From Trichoplax adhaerens (taxonomy: Eukaryota; Animalia; Placozoa), in the NCBI RefSeq assembly GCF_000150275.1, contig NW_002060964.1, positions 611,643-675,642 on the forward strand: 64,000 nucleotides of DNA. The letters are read 5' to 3'. A program made the position numbers and the translations under genes. Below the pieces are notes generated by a model. It worked only from the letters and a program-made list of their open reading frames with translations. It was not told where the DNA came from and made no database searches. This document shows positions 22,901-35,200 of this stretch, in pieces (within the stretch, counting starts at the first letter, position 1; the number at the start of each line of letters is the position of its first letter).

Positions 22901-25900
22901 CCGGATTGGTAAATACTGTTTAAGATTTGTTCATGGCTTGTGATTTCATTGCATAAATTCTGCAAACAAACAAAAATTAAATTTAAAGCGAGCCATTTCC
23001 ATCGATACCTAAAACATGCATTTCACAACGCACAACATTGATTAACTCGTGAAAATACAGCATAATAACAGAGTTCTCTTATCCCGATCAAGTAGTTATT
23101 CAACGTTGACTTATTTTTCTATTAACCGAGCAGCATTGTATAATATCACAGACAAGTAAATGATCATCACAATACTACAATATTATAAACATTTAACAGA
23201 ATGCAATGCCATTTCATTTTACAAGTTATGCCTTGCTGACCTGGTGTGAAACTTTGTAATTATGGACTTCCGACAAACTAGTACCCACTTCCTCGGACTT
23301 TGCTTGAAGTATTTTTTCTTCTAACCAGCGCTATAAATACGATACAGGCATAATAAGAAATGATATGTTTCAGTTGAGTCATAACATAAAGAGGAGAAAT
23401 ACGCCAATTAAGACATCTAATTTATTGATTTAGATACTAATGCGACTTAGATTAACTGCTGTACTTAGACACAGTTATCGTTGTTACTGTTATACTTACA
23501 GTTTCGTCATCAACATCGCGGAAGAATTGAAAAAATCTTCGCGCAGCTTCTAACTTTTTACGTTTTTCTTTACAAGGTTCATCGAGGTCATTGTACCTAG
23601 CGTACAGTATAGGGAAACGTCGATATAAATTTTAGTTCCAACTGTATATCTACCTAAGTTAAACTACTAAAAGTGTCATCCTAAGACTGCATTTCTTTGC
23701 ATGACTAGCTTACAGATATAGAACACGTTTAATATTAGTAACGATACCTTTGCTTCACGTTATTATATTTTTCATGCATATTTTCCGCATCGTAATGGTC
23801 AGCCTCTTGAAATTTCTGTACTTGTTTCTCTAGCTGATCGATACGATCTTTACGAGCAGCAATATCATTTTCAATTCCCTAAACGAAGAAGATGTAAAGT
23901 AACGGGATGAGTCTATTTGGCGAAATAGTATAAGTACAATACTCGTAAGCAGATGATCCACTTATTTCATTTGAAAATTTTTATGCTAGTTCATTTATAT
24001 TCTTGAAATGAGTTCAATTAACTGCATCTTTAAGCAATCAGCGTTAAAGAAATGAACAATAAGGGCAGAATCCAATCAATTGCCTATTATTAATAAAAAC
24101 CTATAACCTATATTGGCAAAATTAGATCACTTGAATGAGCACCATTTGATCAACAATGTGATTGCATATTGTACGTACTATATGATCATAGTGGCAATGT
24201 ACCTCAACTAACGGTTGGCGAAATTCTAGGAAATAAACTAAGCCTATCACAAAATTGAAGAATACTCTAGACTAAGAGATGGAATACGGTTGAAGAGTAT
24301 TAAATTTAATCCCTTTGCCACGATGCAAGTGCAAAACAGTAAGCATTTTATAAATCAACGGTAGAGCTGAAAGAGAAGAGTATGAACGACTATTGTCTAA
24401 GTTCGTAGATTCTTTGATCATAAACCCTTGATGAACAAGAAGATTGAAGTAATAAACTAGAAAAGTTAAAAAATACTGACTATTAAGTTAATGAAAATAC
24501 CTTGAAGTATACAAACAGAATTCCTTACTACAACAATGAAAATTCCAGAGATACGATGGTCAACGTCAAAACTATCCAAGTAAGAATAAGCTAGCTAATA
24601 ATGGGCGAAAATGTTTGTAACATATGGGAATTAAATGTCAAAGCACCTTGGATTGACGATTTTTATTTGGAAATAGACACTGCCATGCAAGCATAATCGA
24701 CGCAGAAATTGCCTTAATCTTCTTGAAAACTGGACGGCAATAAGCCAATTCTATCGTAAAAGATTGAAACTGTTTCCTAGTGCTTGTACTGTATTTATTT
24801 TGTTCAAAAATAGAGTCAACAACTTTATCTGTCAATGCATTGGGAAGATAAAAAGCAAGAACTCAATATTTGGCGTTTGTAGATACTACCGAATATCGAT
24901 TAGCGTCAAAACTAATGGTTCAAGTCATAGACTACTAAATATTGAGTTGTGCTAATAAGATCTGGAAGGTGTGTGGCCCCATTTTCATCTCTGATTACAG
25001 TAATAATAATAATTTAAAGATATCAAGTTGAACCTGCATCATCACCGTACTGTAGTACATTATAGATTAATTCATTAACTTAATTATACCGTATATATTT
25101 TCGGAAGGGCCCTTGGGATAGTTGATAAGGATAAATTGAGATATCGTTTAATCAATTTTACGAATTCATTTTACTGTACTGTCATGATGGGTTTTCTGGC
25201 CAAACCCTCTTAAGTACAAGTGGTAGAGTAGATTAACGTCCTTTCTAATTGAATAACATGGATCAACAAGAATCGAATGGAGTCTTCCTTTAACTTGATG
25301 TGCACTAGTACTGTGCTTGTAGAAATAGCATAAGAAATGATGCTATGAATCCTACGACTACGTTGGTACAATGTTTCCTTCTGGAAGAGTACGAAAGGAA
25401 ATTCGACTTTGTCGTGAAAGTATCAACTAGTGACTGGATCAATCGTACTTGCATGTAATGAATCACTTATTTGATTGCAATAAATAGATCATACGGCAAT
25501 ATTGCACTCGATAATCCAGTACAGCAGTACACTATTTTCAATTTAATTCCATTGATATTGCTCAAAAAAGCAACTACCAATTAATTATCTTTCTAACCAT
25601 GATCCTACAGTAGAATGAACTTATGCGGTCTGTGGACGAAAGCTATCATTTATTCGGTCTATGAACTTACCATTTGCTGGTTGATTAAATTAGTGCAGGT
25701 AATAAGGTCCTTGCCAGTATCTTCAACCGTTAATATTGATTGGATATGGTCCAACCATACTTCGAGATCGGCTACAGAACGACTAAATTGGACTTGGTTA
25801 TAGACTTCGTTTAACATGCGGCCTTTATTAGCTGATGCTTGGCATAATTTCAACCATTCATTTTGCAATTCAGCAATGCGATCGTCGACTTCACTTTCTG

Positions 25901-28900
25901 CCTCGCTATGATTATCAATGATCGTTTGGCCAACGTCTTTAATACTATCTAATTGATCTTTAGTGGCGACTAATTCAGCTTCAAAGGTTTGATGTTTCTG
26001 CAATTTGCCAGTTAAATTAGTTGGATCACGATAGGCTTCATCGTTGGCTAATTGCTGCTTTTCACTAATCCAGTCGTTCAATTCATTACATTGCTGATGG
26101 AATTGTTGCAATTGAACAGCTTGTTGTAATTTGACTTCAGCATCATTGAATTTACCGTAATTGTCGTTTAAACGCTCTTCAATTGCCAAAGATTTAGCAA
26201 CCAATTTGTCCGAAGCATAGTGATCATTCTCCGACATACGGCGAGCAAATCGTTTAACGTGTGCAACTTTATCGCTGCATAATTCTAAATTTTTCTTGTA
26301 TTCTTTATGCCGTTTGACCAATTCAATTATATTAAACAAGGATAACTTCTTTTGGCGCTCTTTATCGATAATCGTCTTGACGAACTTCTTTAATTTATTG
26401 GCTTTGGCATGATCACGACCAATGCCCATTTCAGCAACAGCTTTGGTCAGAAACATATCTTGCTTACTTAATGATCCTTCCAATTGCTTAACATCACGCT
26501 GAAATAGCATGTGCTCGTAATTTTGTTTCAGTAAGAGTTTACGCTTTTCGCAGGCTTGTAATAATTCTTCCCATTCTTGGACAATTTCATCAACTCGTTG
26601 ACGAAGGCGACGTCCAGTTGTGTCATCAGTGTAATATTGCGGTGCCACTGAGAGAATATTGTTATAAATCATTTGACGACTTTGGACATCATAGGTTAAT
26701 TCTTCATGTTCCTTAGCTAATTTCTCCGCACCCGATAATGTATTAGCGATATCGTCTGAACTAGCATAAATTTGTTGCGTTTTGATCCAATCGTGCAAGT
26801 CGTCCATATCAAATAGTAACTTTTGGTAATCGCTACACTCGCCCAAGGTGTTGCGCTGTTTATTGGCTTTATCCAAGACGTTGTTCCAATTTTGATATAA
26901 TTCAGACACACGATCATTTAGCATAGTCTCGTAATCTTCCTGTTCCTCTATTAGTTGAGCTTTTTTGGCTTCGATAGCATGTAATCGCTCCTCAACAGCA
27001 GGTGTATCCCGCTCGACAGCATTGATTTGACGCTGTAATTGCATAATAACATTAGGATCAGCAGTGGATGAAAGTTCGTTGTCTAAACCGCTTCCCTTTT
27101 GTATCACCCAATTTTTGGTTTCATCAATTTCGTAAAAGAAATCCAGCAGACGTTTCTTATTATCGATAATCTCTTTCTTGACTGCAATAAGAACGACCAA
27201 TTGCTTCCATTTACCATTTAAACGCTCAATTGAGGCTCGTATTTCATCGCTATTACTATTTTGATTGTCGATCAATTCTTGGCCATCGCTTCCAACTTTT
27301 TGATAGCGTTCTTGATTAGTATTGACTTCTTTGTTGATACCTTCAAATTGCCGTGATAATAAATCTGCTTCCGACATATCATTTGGTGCTTCGATGGATT
27401 CCAATATAGCTACGCGATCACCAACCCACGACAGTAAAATTTCATTTTCATCTTGATATTTATAAAATAACTGCATTTCTTTTAGACGTTCTTCTCGTTT
27501 ACTTAGTAATTGAAGGAGTAGGTCGTAATTTTTAGAAATACGAAATTTTCTTTCTACCACATCATCAGAGGCACGATCTTGCGGTGCTAATTGCTCCGAT
27601 GTACTTTCTAAGCCATCAATTTGCTCGCGGTAGGCGCGAATTTCATTACTTAAATCTAAATGAGTTTTCATCAATGATTCAACACTACCTTGATCGACAC
27701 CGTAATTATCGATCGACATCAAGCTAACATGTAATGTAATCCAAGCTTCAATGTTGTCAGCTTCTACTAATAATTGCTGAAGTACTAACATCTCATCGAT
27801 ACGTCGTTGGCGTTTTGCTAAAATATCGGTAACATTTTCCCATCTTTCTTGTAAATTATCGACATTATTGCTAATCGTCGATGATGCATAGTGGCCATTG
27901 TCGATCATACCGCGACCTACTTTTAGGATATTCTCAATGACAGGTTGATGGCCATTGACTTCAGCTTCTAATGCTTTCTGTCGATGATCAAGAAGAGTTA
28001 ATGAAACGTAATCTTGGACTTTTTTCAAATTGGATAATTCTAAGGTTTGCTCCTTTTCTTTCATCCAATTTTGCTCATCTTCACAATCTTGATAGAACTG
28101 CAATAATCGCTGTGAGTCTTCTAGTTTAGATTTGCGATCGGCAGCCAATTGTTGGACCTCATTTAATGCTTGTCCTAATTGATCAACACCATCATGGATA
28201 TCTTCATTTAATGGTTGGCCTACATATCATTTTCATACAAGGATGAAGTTAGTTACAATGAAAAATGTACATTCCAATTAGTTCACCATATTTGACGTGG
28301 AATGAGATAGAATGTTTATGAAAGAATAAGTAAGAAATACAATATCGGAATGCGAGTAACTTTTGCATCTAAATTTCATAGATTTACCGTTTTCATCTTC
28401 TGGTGCCTCAAAGGCTTCGGCTTCAGCAATAACATTCTTAATACGATCCGCATGTACAACGATATCGCTTTCCAGAATACTATGGTTTTGTAGCAGATTG
28501 TTGACATCTTGCAATTCTTTACCATAATCTTCTGATTGCAATAGCGCCTAGCAAAAGATATTAGCATAGTTACAGAAAATTTACTCAGTACACGCGAGGA
28601 ACTGATTCCGGTATGGAATATTACGTTAATACTGGTTAAGCTCGAGCATTTTTGGCAGATCTGATCTACGTTGAGGCATGAGATAACCGGACATGCATAA
28701 ACTGTATTACATTACGTTTAAATGTTCAAGGTAAGAAAATTTTCTACATTAAATACTAGGCTACATGCCCATAATTAATCTTACAGTTCATATAAGATCG
28801 ATTTAACGAAATTAAATTTCACAGAAAATTTTCTTATTACCTTCGTTTCTTTAGTCCAATCGATCATATCTTCTAATTCTTGTAAAATCTTCTGCAATTG

Positions 28901-31900
28901 TAAATGCTGCTCCAGATCATTACGTCTTTGCTTGATCATTTCAATCAGATCGTTCCACAATTCCAAGACATTATCTTTCCTGAAAATTAATATTACGAAT
29001 ATATTGCCTTGTTATGGTTTTATAAAGTAGGAGCATTATCTTGTTAAGGTTCTTACTTTGCTTGAATACGATCAGAATCGTGATAATTTTGTTCTGTCAG
29101 TTCATTAGCTACATTTTCTACAGCTACAACACGTTCATGGTAGGAATTAATATCTGTTTCAATGGCTTCGTGCTTTTTAACGGCAGCTTCTACAGCCGGC
29201 AAAGAATCACCGAAATCTTCACCGCCGAGTATCCCGCGATTATCTGTCAGCCATTGCGTACGTAGCCGAGCCTGTTAATTGAACACATTCCATGTTGGAG
29301 AAAAATGAGCAGTTGCAGTTTCCATAAAAATTAAAGTTAACGTTAAGTAAAATACCTTTCGATCAAATTGAGCAGCTAATTGTTCGAGTCTCTCCAACCT
29401 GAGCAATGAAAATTTTTTACTTTATCAAGATAGTGCTGTCAGATAATCAAATTTACTTTAAAAGTTGCTTTACTGTACTTCGCTTGGCGGAATGCAGCAC
29501 AAGACAGAAGTACCGTACTATAGAAGGTTAACTAAATTTACCTCAAAATTTCCTGTCGTAAAGCTAATTCACGTTCATGTTCAGCCTTTTCTAATTTCCC
29601 CCAAGCCTAAATAAATAGTCATTGATTTAACGCCAATAGCTCTGAAGTAAGGACTCCGAACTTATGGAGCTCAGTTGTACTTAATCTACTGAGCAAATGG
29701 GCAACTTAGCAGTTTATTCAAAAGTCGCAGGGAAATATAGCTGGTACAGTCGTAAATGTATTATTTCTATACTGTTGGAGTTAATTAAAGTTCTAGATTA
29801 CATCTGCAGGACTACGGAAATATGAAAGCTTGGAGTAATCAACAATTATTATGTAGATCATGCCACGGAGGTCAAGATCTGAAGAATTTATGTTGCAAAC
29901 TAGCGGAATAAACAAAGTGTTTTGGCAAGTAACCGCAAGGTTATCGACGAAATCTTATTTTTATGAGTACCCTTTATTGTTACGATAATATGATTTAATT
30001 TACACTACCTTGTTGATTTCAGAGATAGTTTTGCCTTCTTTTGGTGTATAAGCTTTTTGATTGTTTGCTCTTAATTTACTTTGAATAGTAAATAATTTTT
30101 CTTCAAGATCTGCTTTCTCTTGAAATCTAAAGGGATAAAGTAATAATTCGAAATAAATTTGCAAACCTGCTAAAACTCTTTTAAAATTTAAAATATTATA
30201 AAAAGGCAATTTGCCAAGATTTACTTGGGCGGTTTCTCCGTAGTACGATAAGTATTAAATTGAACAAGTTGCTGTTGGACACCACTTAATTTATTATCAA
30301 ATGTTCTGTCGGATAATTTAGCAATCTTATCTTGGACCCAATCCAACAAGTTGCTAGCCAAGGTATCGTACTCTTGCATTAAAGCTTCATTCTCAATGAC
30401 CTCTCCCATAACCTGCAACATGAATAAGGTATAAGTTTATAAAGATATTCAATTTGGTTCTAAAGGGGTAGATATTCAGTGCATAGTCTAACGTCTAGTT
30501 ATCTGCGACTACTTACTTTTCCAATACGACGTCCAACAACATCCTCTGCCTTCATTTTTGAAAAGGTATGGTAATATGACGCAACATAGGTCATAATGGA
30601 TTTTTCGTCGGGATATTCAACATTGACATCTAATAGATGGGAAGTGGAAGAATTGTTTGTTCATGGCTGATATTTAACTGAATATTTTACTATTGTTATA
30701 GCTTTTATTATATAGCGAAAATGAAGTATCATTTTTCTTACCCTCTGCATCAAGTAGTTGTGGTATACCAAAACTTTCTTCGGCTACTTTAAAGGCGTTA
30801 CGTAAATTCTGGAGAGGACTGTTAACGGATAAGCTGTCGTATTTAATAGCATCGGGTCTAAAAATAGAATTAATAAGGTTAATACTGATTTAATATCGCT
30901 TCGATTCCTGTAGCCTTATACTGTATATGCGAAAGAATTATTGGTATATCAATGTTACACATTATTTTTCACTGGTCTCGTCTCATGTGGATAGCTACTG
31001 TTACCTATGCTTATGAATAATGGCATTAAAAGCAAGACCATCACGCCAACTGGAAGTAAAGTTTGTCATTTTGACGTTATCGTAACTAAATTGTAGAAAA
31101 ATTTTTGATTCTGTAAGAATGATGATATATTCATGCTACTGGCCTGCAAAAATGCTATTTTTGATAGTATTATTCGCATTGTGATATACCTGGCGGTTTT
31201 TAATTTACACCACATTAATAAAGCATCTTTAGCCGATTTATGTTCTGCTGAACCACTTCCATCATCGATTTGAATGTCTTGAATCTATGCAGAATTATTA
31301 GTAGTTAGTATACATTAGCAAAGCATACCATGGCAGCTAGCTTTATTTTATAGACGATTGCAGTAGATATTGCTTCTTATACTACCTGAAAACGCAAAAT
31401 AATTGTCCATATCAGACCCAAAATTAATCGGTTATTACTGTCAATGATGTCTTCTGCACCCATATTTTCCAATTTAACCTATTAAAAAATGATAGAAGTA
31501 TAAGACTTTTAGCAACTTGAACGTAGCATAGCTTGCTACATCCGTATGTACTTTATTGATTTGATTTCAGGGTAGAAATTAAATTTAATCTATTCTTTGT
31601 TTAGCTATGATGCATTACATGTTTATTCTTTAAGAACTTCAAGGCGGCGTTAACATTTTGAATTCGATGAATTCGCATTTTGCCTCTGGCTGGTTTAGCC
31701 TAGAATAAGGCGGAATAGGTTGTATCAATGATGTTTGATCAAGAGATCAATACTAAGAGCAACATTTACTATAACTATGTTCAACAAATAAAATTTTCAT
31801 TTAACCATTATATAAATCAGAAAAAATAAAATACTGACCACTTTCTCGCCTGAGAGAACTTCAAGTAGACGTATTAATACAACTCCGTCGGTAACATCGG

Positions 31901-32257
31901 TATATAAATCGTTAACATTAATGGAGACTCTGTTTAAGTAAGAATTCATCCATTTTGTAAAGGTTTTCTTTTGAATTTTCTCACGCTCACCTATGAAATT
32001 ACAACGGTTAAAATACGTATAGACTTGATAATATATTTTTCCATCCTAATTTATTTTATATATCCAGTTTAAACCTTAAACATGAAGCGAAGGCTAATTA
32101 CACGAACAATTTTACCTTAACGCTGAGTGTAATAACGCTGAGTGTAAACTTAAGAATTATATAAATTTAAAGACATTTCCTTACTGGCAAGAGCTTTAAT
32201 TCTTGATTTCTCAAAATGGCCAGCTCTGGCGGCATCAGAGTCTTGTAAATTGGACAT
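16907..32257 (-). CDS. SPTBN: Conventional beta-spectrin, paralog 1 (CH1-CH2 actin-binding domain, 17 spectrin repeats, PH domain), ~40 exons
   Basis: Starts [24 protein letters not shown]|[16 protein letters not shown]2 contains [10 protein letters not shown] and [14 protein letters not shown]. Repeats include [12 protein letters not shown] and [14 protein letters not shown] exons include [21 protein letters not shown] and [11 protein letters not shown]. The C-terminus is [10 protein letters not shown]. Confidence 0.96.
18271..18339 (-). repeat. Three in-frame copies of a 21-nt unit (ETALTNE) in the acidic linker exon of beta-spectrin 1
   Basis: ttcattggtcaaggcagtttc x3 on the + strand; translates as [23 protein letters not shown]. 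Confidence 0.93.
25671..28219 (-). CDS. SPTBN: Giant 2549-nt internal exon of beta-spectrin 1 (end of repeat 3 to middle of repeat 11)
   Basis: Corresponds to the 829-aa ORF 25659-28148, bounded by a gtag|GCC acceptor and an ATG|gtaagt donor, with periodic Trp-containing spectrin repeats. Confidence 0.95.
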
Positions 32258-35200
32258 ATTGAAATAGGACTACTCAAGACCAAAAGGAAGATATATCAAT
32301 TGGTTATCCCGCTAAATTGAGTTCTTTATTATAGAGAGAAACTGATAATTTAATTATTCCAGATGCCTCTTTTATCACTGTCGAGTAGAATATTATATGA
32401 TTATGCATTTTATTTAACAGTATAGCAGCGAAATCAATTATGATTTGTTTTATGTGTTTAATTTTTATATCGTGCAAATTTTCACTATTACCTTCCTAAT
32501 ACTGGTTACCTTAAAATCTGGATTGCATTAACTGTAGTTTAGTGAAAGTGCTAAATTATCTAAAACTGAACCTTGCACTACAAGTTAGGTACTTTAATAA
32601 AAAAGAACGTCGGACTGTCTAGAATTCTGGATATTCTAACTGCAGTTCAAGTTGTAGCCAAGTACTATACTCCTTGTAAATATAACATCGACTTTGAATT
32701 TTAGTATCTACATTGCAAAGTACGCGACAGTCAAAGTACAGCACGTTTGTAAAAAGAGCGTTCAGTTAATTTAGAACTCTAGAAAGACAAGTTGGAGTTT
32801 GTGCTTAAGGTTGATGAAATTCAGTCTATCAAAAAGAATACTAAAATCTAGGAAATAAGGGCTTTATCTTTAAGGGGATCACACTGTTAATTGCTGTACT
32901 TTATGGTAAGAATAAATAAAGCAGAATTTGGTATACATGAGAAAGGAACCCCTGGGGAAGCAATTGAATTCGATTTAAATCAATTGTTGATCAAGTTCGT
33001 TGAACCGATTAATTGATTACCTGCTGTGTCTATCCATTACTTCCCGCTGATTTACATCAAAATATGAATCAATAAGAACTAACAACCGCAACCTCAAGAC
33101 AGAACGACAACATGCAACTTTACCCGAAATCGAAGAAACGTTAGCCTAAACCATCATGTTGTCATGCTGATATCAATGACCATGAAGTTTATTATGGTAT
33201 CAACAAAGAAATGAATAAAATGCAAGATAAAAGGAATCTTCGTTTAACTTAAATTTTTGATATAGCGCGCCCGCTTGGAAGCAATTGTATCGTATAGTTT
33301 ATTACATTGCAAAATTAAGCAAGAACAAAATTCTATACTCTCATTATCCTTACGAGAAGAGTATGGAGACAAGCTTAATAAAACCTGACATTTTTCTGTC
33401 TGCATTTGAAACTTAATATAATAAATTCATCTTCAGTGTATAATCGCCGACGAATTGCATAATACGCTATTAAATTAAGCGAGATGCATATATAAAAATG
33501 CTAAATGTGATCAGAAACGGATGGCAACTTATGTAGAGTTACGAAATATGCAAAGGAAAAATATTCTAGATATATTTGAATATAAGTTATCGTAAGATTT
33601 TCCACTTCCTTTAGAAAGTCCGTTACGGTGCACTCTGTAGTTATCACCTCAGGTAATAAGCCAAGAAATAAAATGCTTTTGTAACTCACAGGTACAGTAT
33701 ATACAAGAAAAACTGCTAAACATGATTTTAACGAATCCTCGACATTAGTACATATTACATAAAGCAGCTGAAAGGGAGGAAAATATAATTTAAAAAAATA
33801 CTGATATCTGAATCTCGGGATGACTTATAACTGCCTCAACGAATAGTAGCCGGATAGTTTAGAGCTGACTAATATGAAAGGTGGTCATCATCCTTTCAGC
33901 GAGCCGTAGCTGGGTGGGTGTTTCCAATCGAATAGTAAGGCACGTATTCATAGCGCAAAAGACTATAAAAGTCTCCACCCCCATTGGCATGCCTCATGAT
34001 CTTATGAAAGCATGATTGCTGCCAGCAAAAAGCCTTTTACAAATAATATTCAGAACATAGGCGATTTTCGTTGTGTAATGATGAGAATTTCTCAACATGT
34101 GCAAAACAATGTAAAGTCATGCAGAGAATAATTTAAATAGATTGTTGAGCTTAGCTAAGCGATAGAAAGAATAGTAGCAGCTATTAGAACTGGGCTGGAA
34201 ACAAAAGATTACAATCCCTGACTGCGTATCGATTGAGCATTTAGAAAAATGAACTGATTGCATTTAAAAATCGGAATATTGAAAATGACTACCAGATTAC
34301 TGCAGTAACATCCGACTTGCCCACATGTATACGTATTTAGATTATTTTAATCGGTTGTATGTAGTAGAAAGTAGCTGCGAGCATTAATGAATATTTTTTA
34401 TACAAAATCAATAACTACATAATCAAGAGAAAATAGGTGATTTAGAGTGAATTGATCTACTCTTCGTCAGATTATATTGCATTAGAGTAGTAGAAGGAAT
34501 ACGACAAAGCTATTTAGAATGATTATATGATGAAGATTACAGAATGATAATAGTAAAAACATTCGTGATCATTCTACTGTATTTAGTCCGTTGCCCGAAA
34601 TACTGAATCAGAACTTAAAAGTCGGTGACGGATATACAAGTTTACTTCAGAATTGATCAAGGAAATTATATGGAAAAGAAATAGACCGTATCGTCTGAAA
34701 TTAAAAATCCTACTATGCAGGTCTAGTAATGAATGTACATCTGAGAGACATCAAGTAACTAATCAAGATATTAAGTGTTGTTACGATAGCATTCTGTAGT
34801 ATACATGTATCGTAGCCATGAGGATGAGTTATGTGGTTTATCTTCCTCGATAGTTCTTTCAATTTTAATAATTCGTATGACGGTCATTGGCTGAAAACAC
34901 AAACTTGCTAGGTAGCTTAATTAATTAGTGACTTCTTATACGTATCGTAATCATTCTTATTAGTAGTTGCGTGATATTAATTTAACTATGTCGCTAATAA
35001 TAGAGTAAGAGAAGGATTCTTATACATCTACGTCGTATCATCCATCTACTCTTATTTATGCGTGTCGGCTTATTTGAAGTGGATTCGAAAGCTAGAGACT
35101 AGTTCAACTCTAGAATTATCGATGCAATAGAATACGAAAGGTTTCGTGCCCAATGACTAAAAGCGGTGATAAATTGAGGATCATTTCTAAACTATTGTTC

